DNA from: Callorhinchus milii
Taxonomy: Eukaryota
Assembly: GCF_018977255.1 (NCBI RefSeq)
Contig: NW_024704743.1
Span: 19,842,001 to 19,906,000, forward strand
DNA length: 64,000 nt
Direction of reading: 5' to 3'
This document shows positions 36,601-51,600 of the stretch, one piece after another. The notes beneath the pieces are model-generated. The model ran no database searches. It was not told the origin of the DNA and saw nothing but the letters and a program-made list of their open reading frames with translations. Made by a program: the position numbers and the translations under genes. Positions within the stretch are counted from its first letter, which is position 1, and each line of letters starts with the position of its first letter.

Positions 36601-39600
36601 TTACTTAGAGTAAGTAGGAACTCTTGTTAGTCGATTGATGGATCAGTGGTCCAGGGGTAATAATTCCTTCAAAAAAATAAATAATAATTTGGTCACTTAA
36701 TCCACAACTGTTTGTGGGACACTACTGTGTGCAATTGACTGCCACGTTTAGCCCACAATATATACAGTCACTACACTTTACAATATATTCTGTGAAGTGC
36801 TTTGAGACATCTCAAAGACATGATAAGACGATATATCAAATGCAAGTATTATTATTATTATTATCCTTGTAGACAATGTTGACAAAACCATTCATATCCA
36901 TCTTCCCAATTCCCATTGTATTCATCATGCTAAATATTATTTTAAATACTTTAATCAAATCATTGCTAAAACTCCACAGGTCTAGTGAATATAATCCACA
37001 TTTTCCCAGTCTATCATCTAAGTCCCTTCATCCAAGGTATTGTTCTGGCAATTGCTGTTGTCCTTGCTGCAAGACCAGTATTTGCTTACCAAAATTTAAC
37101 ACATTTCAGATGAGATCTAACCGGCAGGGTTATGTGCCGGCAGTAATACTTCTTTGCTGTTGTGTTCTATACCTCTTTAATATAGCTCAACATACTCGTA
37201 ACCTTACTCTAGATTGTTTTTGTACCTGCAAACTAGCCTTTATTGATTGATATACGAAGACCCCTAATTTCCATCTGGGTCCCTCCCAAGACATCCTGAA
37301 TTAGAAAGTGTTCCCATTCGTAATTCTTATGTCCAAAATGTACTAACTCACACTTCACTACATTCTTATACATTTCTCAATTTTCTGCTCTCTTAATCTG
37401 TCGATGTCCATTTTTTTATTTTTAGCTCTCTTCTTCACAAAAGACTAAAGCTCTCAGCTTGGTGGATATGCTCCTATTTATTTCCACAACCAGGTCAGTT
37501 ATATATAGAGTGAACACTGTGTCCCGGTACAAAACCCTGTGGATCACCACTTGTCATTTCCTGTCAACAAGAGGAGAATGTCCTTTTTATCCCATTCAGC
37601 TCATTAAGTGGTAACCATCTGATGACTTGATCTCAAGATAAAATAGAACTTGTGGTTATGTAACTAATTGAAAGTAATATGACTGAATAATGGAAACTTA
37701 ATTGTAATAACCAAATAAATAGAAAACAACATGAACTGCTCCAAATTCAGATCTGCTGAAAATATATTGGATATTTGATTGAAAAACAGTGTTTACATTA
37801 TTTGAGACTGCCTTGAAATTCTTGATGCCAGTTTAAAATAGTTTCAGGAACAAATTAATTTGGAAAATATTGTTCTAAGCACCCCAATTTTACTTGTCTC
37901 TCACCAGGACCTTCTTGCCTCTTGCTCTCACACCATCATCCTGGCTGGTGTCCTATCTTACAATCCCCCAAATAAAATTGGTCATTCTAATGGACATGAA
38001 AATTGGCTGCCAGATTCACCAATTAAATGAACAATCATTACACTTTACATACCTCGTGACGCGAAAGCCACTATATCAAATGCAAAGTTTTTTTTTAATC
38101 TAGTTCTCTCCTCACTGTACAAGTCAAACAGCCTAGTCACTTCTACACCATTGGTCTTTATTTCAATGGGAATTTCAGCTCTATTATAAGAATAATCCTT
38201 GTATTTGATACAGCACCTTATCATGTCACCAAGACATTTCAATGCGCTTCACAGGATACAAGTAAAGTGGCGTGTTTGTCTATATTTTGTGGATGACCTC
38301 ATCAGCCAATTTGCAAACAGCATTATCACACTCTGATTGTCTTCTCATAACTCAAGAACTCTGAATCATGGAATAATGATTGCTGTTTTTCTATGAATCA
38401 GTTCCAATGCTTTAATGCCATTTTGAAGGTACCGTTCTCAAAAGTATGCACAATATTCCAAATGAAGTCTTCTCTTCGAACAAGTGTAGTGTAAGTCAAG
38501 ATCACTATTCAAAAAAAGGGAATTTCTCCCGATGTCCTAGATAACAAATCCCCCAAATAAAACTGGGACATTGTTGTGTGCACAATACACAGTCAATTCA
38601 CTTTACAGTAAATCCCATGAAGAGCTTTGAGGTGTTTCAATGACACGATAAAGCAAATATTATTATTTTTAACAGTAACCTTGCCTTGCTGACAACAGCT
38701 TCAATATTACAACAACAACAACAAGATTACATTTGTATAGCGCTTTTCACATCGGGAAGACATCCCAAGGCGCTGGACAGAGAACAGCATTTCAATATTA
38801 ACTGGAAACCTGCAGAGAGCCATCACTGACCACACTCAGGTCATTTTTCTTTTTTCTGCCTCTGCTAATAGACATATTTTATTATGTATACAAGTTTACA
38901 ATGTTGTGTTCTATTTAACTTACATTTATCTACATTAAAAATCGATGTTTCAGGGCTTGAGTCATCTGCTGGATGCATACAGATTTTCTTGAAGTTTTTT
39001 TTAAACTTCTCTTCATATTATTCACCTGCCCACATCATTGCAATAATCAGTAAATGTTAAAATAGCAGATTTGTACAGCGCTTTTCACATCGGGAGGACA
39101 TACTGCTTTCTTCCGAGTCATATATGAATAGTGTGAACAGAGGGGACTCAAAACCGCAATGCTATCCTGCGTAAAGGGCGCTATGAAATGCAAGTTGTTG
39201 TTGCCATTCACCATCCCCAAATAGCTTTTTCAATTAATCATCATTATTCATTTTCTACTGCTAAGTTGATATGAAGGTAAAGCAGGGTCTTCTTGGAGCT
39301 GAGCTGGCTCAAAGGTGATGTGCTTAGCAAAGGATGTTAGTATTTAGTCAATTCTCTGTTACAATATCAGTAATTCAGTTCCTGAGCTGGCGGGTCTGCA
39401 ATACTCAAAGGCACTGTTGACGACTGATCAAACAGCGTGAGAGTTAGTGCGGTCAACTTTTTTTAACCGTAAGTTTTGATGAGGGTTTCAAGAGCAGAGG
39501 TAAAAGTGGTTGAAAGCTCATTCATCAAAGATGGGGTGGAGCAGGTTAGGGCATGAAGCAAACCAGAGCAGAGCAAGTATCAAGGGAGTAGGATTGCATT

Positions 39601-42600
39601 TGATTGCAGAGTTAGGGTGGGGAAAAATCACAAAGGCAGTTAAAGGTAAGAATGAGCCAAGTACCTTGAAGTCAATTCACTGAATGATCAGGAACCGGTG
39701 AAACTAAAGATTTGGAATGAAAGGTATGGCCTTGAGGAGTCTAGTGCAGGAGAGAACATGAGTGCGGAGTTCGTGGGTGTGAAGGTTGGGGCTGGGAGGC
39801 TGGTGGGTAGGAATTGGAAAAGTAGACTGGAGGTGACAAAGGTAGAGATGAAGGTTTTGGCTGCATGGACAATGAGGTCGTGGCAGAGGGAGGAGTGTGT
39901 GGACATTGTGGATCCTAGAATTAGTATGGATATCAGGGTCTCTATTGTGCACATATATTTTCCCTTTAAACAATTCTAAAGTCAACAGAAGGCTTACTTG
40001 ACTAGTTAATTTGGAAACCTCCTTAGCGTGTTCAATGTCTGGTCTGCCTATTATGGATGTTTTCATAGCTGCTGCCGCTTTAGCGTCGTTTTTATATTCT
40101 ACCTGTAAAAAAAACAACATAACATTTAATTAGTAAACATTTAAATGTTAAATATTAGCAAGTATCGCATTCAGTCTTAATCAACAATCTGTCACCTAAC
40201 AGATTGAAACTGATTTGATTGCATTTCCTTGGTTCATTTTCTTAAGAGTTTCAACAGAATGACAGATTGCTTGCCACAAAACTTTCTTTAAAGTGTTAAT
40301 GAAGAATAATTTCCACACAACAGCAAACACTGGAATTTAAACATTTATCTTAATATACCTCCTAAATTAATTTTCAAATACAAGTAAAATACCCGGGGAC
40401 AAACAAGAACATGCAGCTACATTACTTTTTATTGGCACCGACTTCTGATTTTATATGAGAAGTGCCAATCCTGGTGAAGCTTTTATTCTTTTGACACTTG
40501 CTCACAGTTAGCGAGAGCATTGTGATTACACTTCTCTCATTGGAGGCAGCAGAGTCTCTGATGTCAATTTTTCTAAGATTTCTTGCAATTAAATAATGCA
40601 GCCACAATACTTTAATACCCAGCAATATCATAATAATCCTTATATTTGATATAGCACCTTATCATGTCGTCAAAACATCTCAAAGTGCTTCACAGGATAT
40701 ATTGTAAAGTGCAGTGTCTGTATTTTAAGATTATAAAAATGAATCATAATTATAAATAACCTCTATAATAACATTTCAGTTTATTCTTAAAATTGTAGTT
40801 GCTTATTAATTACATTAAGCAAAATGTCTGCATTTTAGATGTCAAAGTGTCTGAATGTCTAATAGTGTAAGGAATTAAAATATTTGTAAGTAGTGTTGAT
40901 AAATGCCGACAAAATGAAATACATATACATCACCTGTAAAATGTATTGTTACAGGTTTACCATTACCTTTGCTCTCCATTCAGAAATGGTATTGTGTGTC
41001 AGTGGCAGCTCTGAAGCATAACATAACACTATCCAATGACAGCAGGCTTCACCTCTAGAGAGCACTGAGCAGACAATGATGATAACACCAGACACCCCCG
41101 CTACTGACGCAGATCCACCAAGGTCAAAGACAGATACAGACAGCAGGCGCTCTGCATCAGTACAGCTCTACAGTTATCTGCACCAATGTTACTCCTTCAA
41201 GTAGTACCCACTGGAAGATGGACACAACCAGTCCAGAGTATTTTGAAGGGAACATTATCCCCAGAAAGCAATCCGCCAGTCAACTAACAACCGGACTTAC
41301 TGCTAGGTAAACAAAGGCGAGCATTATTCTTTGTACTCAGTTATGAAAAATAAAAACAGACATGCACGAGGCAGCAAAAACTAAATGGGGTGTTCAGTAG
41401 AAGCGTTGTGACTGTACATGTGTCAATTTGCAAATAATGCCCAATGGCAGAGCTCAGTATTCAACACAAAGAAATCTGCTCAATTTTACTTGTGAGTAAA
41501 ACTAAGGGTTCCTTACGTTACTGACAAGCCTCGATGTTTGTGTTGCTTTTTTGATGTCCAGTCTGTCAGCAATCTCCGTGTATCTGTGCATGCTCAGTGC
41601 ATCTTTCTTGTACAAAACCTATTCAAAACAAAGCAAACAATATGTTTTATCATCATCATTCACTGGAAAATCAAAAATTCAACCAGCAAAACAAAAGTAG
41701 TTTGTCTCTCCTGCATGTACAACCTTTTTTGCCAAAATGGAATGACTTTACCTGCTAATTAATAAAACGTTTACTAATTATTGAAAACGTAATGTATGCC
41801 AGACTGGAACTTATATGGATGAATGACGATTTTTGATTTACAACAACAACAAAAAAGTTATATTTGTATAGCATCTTTCACATCAGGAGGATGTCCTGAG
41901 GCACTGGACAATCAGTGTTTCGGACCCAAACTGGGGGTCGGGATCGGGAAGAGTGGAGGGGCAGCGGGCAGAGGCTGACGAAGGCACAGGTCGAAGAGGA
42001 GGGACTTGAGATGGGTCTTGAAGGAGGCAAAGGAGAGGGCAAGCGGAGGGACTGTGGGATGGAGTTCCAGAGGATGGGGGCAGAGTGGCAGAAGGCCCAC
42101 CCGTCAAGGGTGGGACGGGCGAGACAGGGATGTGAAGCAGGCCGGAACTGCCTGAGAGGAGGTAGCGGGCAAGTTGATAGGGAGTTAGAAGGTCGCAGAG
42201 GTAGGGGGGAGCAAGGCCATGGAAGGCTTTACATGTGAGGACCAGGATCTGCAAATGCATCCTCTGTGTGATGGAAAGCCAGTGGAGTCGGGCGAGGATG
42301 GGGATGATAGGGTCGTGGAGCCTGGTGCGGGAGAGTTCTGGATGATCTGCAACCTGTGGAGGGAAGAGTTGGGGAGGCCGACAAGCAGGGAGTTTGTATA
42401 GTCGAGCCTGGATGTTTGAATGCGTGTATGAGGGTCTGGGCGACCTGCGGTGTGAGACAGTGGCGGAGGAGAGCAATGTTGCGGAGGTGGGGAACGGCAG
42501 AGCGGGCCATGGCACGAATGTGGGGTATGAAAGACAGTTGAGGGTTGAACAGGACACTGAAGTTCCATATTAATTCCATGAGATGTAGAGTGCATCCATG

Positions 42601-45600
42601 GATGGTGATGCTGTCAGCACCCAAGGTATGGAGGCGCTGACGGGAGCCAAGTAGGAGGGCCTCAGTCTTGCTGACGTTCAACTGCAGGAAGTTAGCTCTC
42701 ATCCAGGACTTGGTATCTAACAAGACATTCTGTGAGGACAGCAGTGGTCCTGGAATCGAGGGTGGAGGCATTTGGGTGTCATCCGCATACATGTGGAAGT
42801 TGACTGCATGTCTGCGGATGATGTCATCAAGAGGGAGCATACAGATATTGAAAAGGAGACGGTATAAAGCATTGAATTAGATATTTTAATTTTATTTGTT
42901 AGTACATTTTGCAGATATATACTGTGGATTAATATTTATCTTAAGTAAAAGTCCAGAGGGGGAAAAAGCTCTAATTGGCAGTTATATTATGTAATAATGC
43001 ACTCACAGGAAGAAACCAGACCCAAAAAACAACGGAAATTTATAACTTCTTTACACATGAGCGAGCCCCTCAGTACCAATTTGTTTCAAAATAGCATGGG
43101 GCTGCGAGAACACAGCTCGTCCCTCTGGCATCTAACATGTCAACACATAGCATATCGGCTTTGTATCATAGATACAAGCTCTGACACAACCCTCATTACC
43201 GGCTCTTCCACAAACTCCATTTAATCACTAGGTTAAATAATGTTGATAAAGTCACTGTCACAACGAGAAGTTTTAATCAACAACCATGTAACATATCAGT
43301 CAAAATATTTACTTCACAGCCCCTATAATAATGGATTTAAATACTGTCATTACTTGACACTCTCGAGTTTTATCACCTCATGACTGGACTTTTTTTGGTT
43401 GAACATATGACACTACAGAATGTCTCATTACAGTGTATGCCTTTGGAATCCTCATTAGTCCCATACTTGTGAGGCTTAACTGGCTTCCTGCACTTCAGTG
43501 AATCAATTTCAAATAACCTTCAAATCGCCTCATAATCTTGCCCTCCCAATTTTGTAATCTACTCAAGACCGATTATCTTGCCTGCGCCCTCTGATCCTCC
43601 TGCTCTGGTCTATAATAATAATAATCCTTGCATTTGACATAGCACCTTATCATGTCTTCGAGGCGTCTCAAAGCACTTCGCAGAATTTTTTTTGGGGTGG
43701 GGGGTGTCAGCCACATGTGGAAACCCATCAGTGTGCTTAAGAGTATCTAAACCAAGCTGAATTTCCATGTATCCCACCTACACATGGAAATACCAGAGAT
43801 AGATTGTTGCAACTGTATGCACACTCTCTCCCTGGAGGGATGAATCCTGCTTACCTAATTCCGGAAAGTATTAAGCGCAGGTTGGAAAGAGCCAAGGCCT
43901 GGGGACACCAGAGTGTACGTTGGGAAACTGCTGAGTCTAGCCAGCTAAAACCGCATAGTTTGCCATTCATATTGCTTTCCGGCCAAGCTTTCCCGCTGCT
44001 TGTCCAGCTAGGGCCACTTTATCCATTAAGGCTTTGGCTTGCAGGGTTAGCAGGAGCTAAGTGGAAGGATTCCCTGCTCCCAGTGACTGGTCTGCCCTTC
44101 CCGGTCCTGCTGATGACCCAGGCTGGCTGTGCTGTCATCAGCAGTGCCCTGGAATACTGTGGATCCGGCTCGCTCAGGAACCGGACTACCGAGACCTCCA
44201 CAGAGGGCTGACTCGATCTGACATTCCATTGCCAGGCATGTCACCTTGGAGCCAGTTCAGCTCCAAGGAGACTCCCGCTTAGATTATACGCAAAATATAC
44301 TGCAACGTGAATTGACTATATATTTTGTGGGCGAAACCCTCTAAATCCCTCCACCTCACTTGTTGGCCTGGGGGTTGGGGATGGGGATGAAATCTGGTCA
44401 ACTGCTTCATCATTCCCACTATCCCAGGATCAGTGACATAGGCTTCAGTCATTGTGCCCTCACTCTATGGAAAACTCTACCAAAATGTCTTCACCTTGCA
44501 CCTAATCCCAAAAAATCAGGTCTTCGATCAACAAAGTTACAACCTTTTCTCTCTGCTCAAGGATCCCTATCAGGATTTTTTTGAAGCACTTTATGAGACG
44601 TTCAAAACTTTCATGAAAAACATCACAATAAGTTCAAGTTAAATTTTTTAAGTTTGCACAAGTTTGTTCATTATTTCTGCTATTTTATCAGTTGTTAAAT
44701 GTTTGTTACAAACATAACTTCGCAAAGTTAAATTGTGTTACTTTAATCTGAGGGAGAGGGGATTAGAAGGGTATGAAAGACAATAAGGAAAGTGTAAAGG
44801 CTCGTGTGGAGTACACGGACAGGTTGGGCCAAGTGACCTTCTTTGCAAATCTGTGTAGATCAATCTACTACATTGTTCTTTGGCCATTCCCATGCATGTT
44901 CAAATCTATGTGCTAGACCCTTTATATTGAACAGGATTCCATTAGCAAAGCTGAATAAGGTTTGAGATTATTGATCATTCACTTAAAGAACTGGTCTATC
45001 TTTCAGCGAATGATCAATAATTTAGCAGCAAAGCAAATCAAGTATAAGGATGCAATACAAGAATGTTTATTATCAGTTGAAGCAAATTATTCCATTCCTA
45101 TACAGATCAGGAGTGAATCTAAATTTGCATTTCTATGCTATTTGGACACGCAACTGTGAAAGGGACTCTGATGCATAAGGTTCAGAGAAGAGCAAAAAAA
45201 ATAATTTTCTGCACTGGACCTTGTGGATTTGGAGTGGGATTTACAACAACAAATTATATTTATATAATGTCTTTCATGTCAGAAGGACATCACAAGGTGC
45301 TGAAATTTTCACTGAATTTGCATTGACAATTCAAGGCAACATCAAGTAGCTCCCACAAATCACTCTTTTTGTCTGGGTTTATCTTTCCTGGGATAGCAAA
45401 CCGGTACAAGTAAAATGAATCCAAACAGGATTCTAGGTAATCACCTGGGTCAACAGAAAAGTGCGGTCGCACTTTTTCCATGGAATCCACTACAAACACC
45501 CTCCTCCGCTATAAACATGCTAAAAATTTTGTTTCTGGACCCAGGCCTCTCACTGTTTACCTGACGTCACTGTGGGCAGACCAGGAAATGCGTTGGTGTC

Positions 45601-48600
45601 CACCGACCCACCCCACTGAGAAAAAAAATGGGCCACCCAGTTTTTGTTAAAGAAGCAATTCATATTTTTTTTGTAATATGTGTTATTTCCCCGTGTTTTA
45701 GTTTTTATCAATAAAGTGAAAAAATGTATGTTGGCAGTAAAATGTACCCCAACAGCACCAATCAACTCCCCGCACTTCCCTACAAATTTCCCCGTAATCT
45801 TTTGGCAAATATTTCCGCACTTTTCCACTGTCCCAGGGAATCACATAGGTAATGACACTTGTGTTCATCACATACATGGGAAGACATCCTTCCAAATGCG
45901 CAAACTACAACCAACAAGAATTTTACAACTATAATCAGCCTTTAAGAGGGCTTCTCAAAACACTTCACAGAGGAGTACTGTATAGGAGCCCGAGCCGGAG
46001 GTGGAGGCAATTATATGCACAGACGATTGTACCTGGTGTCCTGAACACACAAGACAATCGGAAATCATTCAACTTATACATAAGACTTTTTGGAAAGGCT
46101 AGAAAGACTATATTGTATTTAGCAGATGCCAGAGAAATCTCTGACAGACACTATGGACACAACAATGACAGATAGTAATATTGGGAAGTTCAGCAAAAGG
46201 AGAGATAAATAATTCTGGAATCCAAATTCCTAATTCATTAAAATCTAGATTGCAGATGTAGAAATCAATTAATGCTAATTAACTGTTGAACTTTATACAG
46301 TGATTTTTGGAATATAAAACAACAACAACCTGCATTTATATAGAGTCCTCCACGGGATAGTGCCTTCGAGTAATTAACAGTGCTGGAGCTTGACACCAAG
46401 CCGGGTAGAGGGGGAGGTGATGTTACTCTCGCTATAAAAAAGTGAGTTATAACAGGGTCGCACTCTACCAGAGTAAGATGGTTTATGGAAAAAGGGACAT
46501 GGAGAAAAGACAGAAAAATGAGATTAAAAGACAAACTGGCAGACCAGCCTTGAAGGATTGAATGGCTTCCTGCTGTTCCCAATATGACCAGTTGTCAATT
46601 TGTAATGGTAAAGCTGGGTTAATCACAGATTACGTTTGCAACTCTTCTCCAAGTCAACTATAAATCAATTATAATTTGTTTGTCCAGTCCGGGTCGACAT
46701 CAGACTTGATGTTCACTAATAAACAGGAAACGCCAGAGGAGCTCATAAATCCAATGGATGTTATGGAACCTCCTTCCTTTTTTTTCCCCTGACAACAGCT
46801 GCTCCATTTATTTGAGTGTGACTCTGGTGCAGGATAGGTTTTGCTTGCTGAAGGTTTTAGTGCTATTTTATGTGGCTCTGGCATTATCAAGACCAGCTGT
46901 CTGTTCATTTAATTAACACCAAAGCTTTAGTGATGAACAGCTCAGGGAAAAGAAAGCCTTGTGCTATGCTATTAACAGTAACACCTGCATTAATTAATGT
47001 ACTTGTTGCCTTAAGTAACTCTGGTCAGGATTGTTTACTGCCAAACCTAAGTGATAAAGTAAAAGGAAAAAATCTGGCAGGAAATAAAATATCACATAAA
47101 TGCCCCACTGTTTGTCATAAACTGGATGAAAAAATTCTGCCACTGAGAAAACGTAGTGTTTTAAAAGGACTACTTAAGGAAAATTTAGTCAAATTAGTTT
47201 CCAAAGAAATTGAATTATTCACAATATTTTACCCGAGAAAGAATAATCACTGTTTTCACACTGCATGCCCAAACAATTATTAAACTTTCCTATAAGTGCA
47301 TTTCCTATAGAACAAGCGTATCAATGAAAAGATGGCAAAAACACCAATGAGGAGTTTGTACCAAAAAAAATAAGTATATGATATAAACTAGAGCTTTCCT
47401 CATTTATCAATAACCAGATTTTCTTTCTTGGTAGATCATGTTGCAGGAATACTTTTACGATTCTGGGGTCTGAGTGGGACTCTATCCTTTGGGGGGAAGG
47501 GCAGCTAACCAGGGTCTCTTTGGGGCTGAGCTGGTTCCAAACTGATTTGCGTAGCAAGGAATATTGGAATCAAGTCAATTCTCTGTGGTGGTCTCGGTAG
47601 TTCAGTTCTTGAGCCAGGCGGATTTGCATTACTTTGGGGCACTGATATAGACTGACAAGCCTACTTGGCTCATTAACCATCTCTGGCACTGATTCATCTC
47701 ACTCAGCTCCTGCAAACCTTGGAGCCAAAGCCCTAAGGAGTAGGGAGATCCGAGCTGGACAAGCAGCAGGAAGCTTTCCTGTGATCACAATGGCAAGCTG
47801 CTTACACTACAGCAGTACCCGCAATGCACACTCTAAGAGTTCACAAAATTTGTCTTTTGCCAATCAGCTCCTAATAATTTGCTATTTTAGATGAGAAAAG
47901 TGTGTCCCTACTGGGGAGAGAATGCACATTACATACCAAACAAATGGAAGTTTCTAAACATACGTAGAACTCTCGGCACTTTTGTTTGGATACTCCTATA
48001 TTTGGTGAGGAGTTTCCTGACCAAAAATAAAATTCTGGTAACAGAAGTTATTTCATGCCATCTTCTGGGATCTTTGCTACAGAAAGAGAGTCTGAATGCA
48101 GTTCCCACAAATTGACATAATGCTTTTATGGATTCCTTAATTATCTAATTAATTGAAGAATCTTGTTTGAAATCTCTGCTTATTCTATTATTCTTCAACA
48201 AACAAGAACCTTTTGCTAGGCGAAAGAAGACCAAGGACCATCTGATTCGCCTTCCACCATTCTGGCAGTCGCTTGACATGTCATTTGTATCCCTATGATA
48301 CATCTATGTATTATATCTCAAGGTATTTTTCCTAACAGAATAGAATAGATAGTTGACTTACAGTACTCTGATTTCTGTTGACTTCCATCGCATGTTTAAC
48401 CTCCGGTGGTTCTTGCATGCTTGAGTAATTTGATTTTCCTTTCTCAACGTCATGTTTGTGTTTATAATATTTCTGACAAATAAAGGAAAATAAAGTTAAC
48501 CAGTCTGTAATGAAAAGGGAAGTTTCATTTTGGTTTCGTCTTTTTTGGATCACACACTGTTATTGACGTTATATGTTGCAAAGTTTTAAATGTTAATTTT

Positions 48601-51600
48601 GAAAAAATAAAAGTCCAAAGTGGCATAATTATATTGCAACTTAATTCTGCATTTCTTAACATGAGCACTGTTTCCAGTGCTTCGGGACATTCACCAGAAG
48701 TGTAAGGCATTATATAAATGCAATTTGCTGCAAACTGCTCGTGTTAATCATGGCAGTAATATACTGGTGGAATCCCAGGATTAGGACTCACCCACATTTC
48801 TGGGAAGAGTTGTTTGAACACATAGATAAATATGTAATAAATGCATCAGCATCCATGCTCACCATGTAGGGTAGAAATTCGACTTGGGTCTAGACTTACT
48901 CCAAGTTCTTAGAATTTCACAATGTGCACTTTAAATTGTTTTCATTATGAAGCCGTTTTTTGTGCAGAACTTGCAGAAAAACAGCAACAAAATTAAGACT
49001 GCGTTTAATAAAATGCCAAATTACAGTGCTCTGAGACATGAAGAAAATGTGGAAGCAGGGTGAAATTTCTACCCATCTGTGTTGCTCGGGCATCAATTCA
49101 AAATAGATGTTTTATTTGGTTGAACAAAGTTGCATTTCACAACACTGAATGAATATTCAGTGTTGAACTAATGAACTAATTTAGATTTTCCATGTAATAG
49201 TCCTCTTGTAGCAGTTACAATGCAAGGGTGTTGCCTTCTTGTGCAGAAATGACATTAATAAACGTAACTTTAAACCCAGCACAAAAATCATAAGGCTACT
49301 TTCCCTCAAGATTAAGATCGGATCCATGGAAATACAATTTGGAAGTATAATTACTAAGAGAAGTGTTATGTTGAAACTGTCACCACATGAATATAACTTC
49401 CATTTGACCTTTACAGTACAGATAACACTAATATTTTCAGTGCACACTTCAGAACCAGACCAATTAAATCATCATACCTGACTCTGAATCTGTGAAACTT
49501 CTTTGGCAAAGACAGTATCGATGGTTGCTGGCATCTGTGCATACAAACACTTGGAGCTTTCTTCTTTCCCAGCTCCTTTGTACTTGATCTGCACAATGGG
49601 AAAATGAGACTCAACATTTTAACCAAAAATTATAATGATGACTCAGAAGTTTTCAAAAGGTTGTCTTTAACAATCTTGGCCAATATTTGATGCAATGATT
49701 TTAACCAACTACTTATGATATATATGTTCTCCAACACATTATTCCATAGGAAGGATGTAGTGTATAAATGCCCGTTGCTATTGTTATAATTGCATTTTCA
49801 TGCAATTATAACAATAACAAGTGCACTTAATGGCAAGAGGGATTTTTCCTTGTTCTCTCCTTCACTTTCTTGCATCAACAAAACAAGCTTCATATTTTTC
49901 TAGGAGAATCTTGATTAGGTATTCATAACATACATCAGTTCCATTCAGTTAGTAGACATCCAGTCTATGAGTTGCAACCTGAGTGAATAATCTGAGCTGA
50001 ATATTCCAGTGAGGTACGTCTTTTGCGTCTGACGTTAACTAAGATCATGGATTTTAAGAATGGCATTTAACCAAATCTCTGCAACCATTTTAAAAGAAGA
50101 TTCCCGATGGCTCAAGGAATTTATTCTGATAATTTTAAATGTAGACAATGTAACCTAATATATATTGGGTCCGAAAGAAGGCAAAAGAATTAAGTGTGAT
50201 CACTGAACATTCGCTGAAAGTTTCAATGTGAAGCTGCCAACACCAAACCCAAAGTTAATTAAGTATTATATTGCAATTCAAGAGAAAGTCTGTTACTGAA
50301 GTCAAAGACAGTCAGTATACTGGCTGCATGATATGAAAGGTTTTGCATGATATGTAGAAGGAGTGAGCTTGACATGCCAAATGATCGCTCTTATTTCAAG
50401 ATCCTCACCCTCGTATTCAAGTCCCTGCACTTCTCTGCACCCCACTATCTCTCTGACCTCCTCTCTCCTCAGCACAGTACCCTTGCCTTCGTTCCTCCAG
50501 GTCTGGCCTCCTCCTTGTCCCCCAAGTCCTCCGCTCCACCTTCGGAGTCCTGTAACTCAGTGGTTAGAGCACTCGCCTCACAAGCGAGAGACCTGAGTTC
50601 GATTTCCGGGAGGACAAAATGTTAAGCAAGTTTCCTTACTCCACACGGATCTGTTTACTTGGCAGTAATTAGAAACCCGGTAGTTATTAGTCAATTGGCT
50701 AATAACCCGGTTGTTAGTCGATTGGCAGATCGCTTTTACGGGGGTAATAACTACTTCAAAAAAATAATAATAAATTGGTCACTTCAATGCACAACTGTTT
50801 GTGGGACACTGCTGTGCGCAATTAGCTGTCATGTATTGCCCACAAAATATACAGTCAGTTCACTTTACAGTATATTCTGTGAAGCACTTGAGACGTCTCG
50901 AAGACTTGATAAGGCGTTATACCAAATGCAAGGATTATTATTATTATATGGCTTTGTATATTTTCAGGCTGTGAAGGAAGCTCTGTATTGGTATGGTGCA
51001 ATGGAAGTTATTTTTATACTTCATATAAAGGTCATAATATCTAAGGGATGCATTTCCTTTAAGAGGAAACTCAAGTTTTACTAATAACATTTCTGGCAAC
51101 AGTTCACCTGATATTGCTTTCAATTGAACATCTTCTATACAAGCTCCTTCAATAAACGAATAGTATTTGGGGAATAGGCTGAATATAATGGCTATGTAAT
51201 TCATTCTATCCCTGAAAGCAATACTGAGAGGGTCCCATGTGGCAACAATGTTTTTACTTAATTCATCTTGCTTTGAGATATAGCACAGTCAAAGAGGAAG
51301 ATTTTCAGGCGGGACTTGAAAACGGAGAGGGGGCAAAACAGAGGGATTGAGGGAAGAGTGTTCCAGAGTTTTGGGGCGTAGTGGTTGAAAGTGTGACCTC
51401 TGACGGTGGGGCGAGGGTGCGAGGGATGAGCAAGAGACCAGTGTCAGTCGAGCGGAAACGCCGGGTGTTGAATTGGGGAGTGAGGAGGTCGGAGAGGTAG
51501 GGAGGTGCCAGAGAGTGAATGGATTTGAACACAAATGTGAGGATCTTGAAGTCAATCCATTCGGTGATGGGGAGTCAGTGGAGCCTGGCCAGAACTGATG

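Noticed and set aside
37619..37650. CTGATGA followed by a short stem (hammerhead-like)
   Set aside because: The stem is followed by ATAAA rather than GAAA, and I could not build stems I and III
50544..50618. tRNA-like cloverleaf (CAC loop here, TGC at 26281)
   Set aside because: It runs directly into the SINE body and tail, and the anticodon varies between copies. It is a SINE head, not a tRNA gene.
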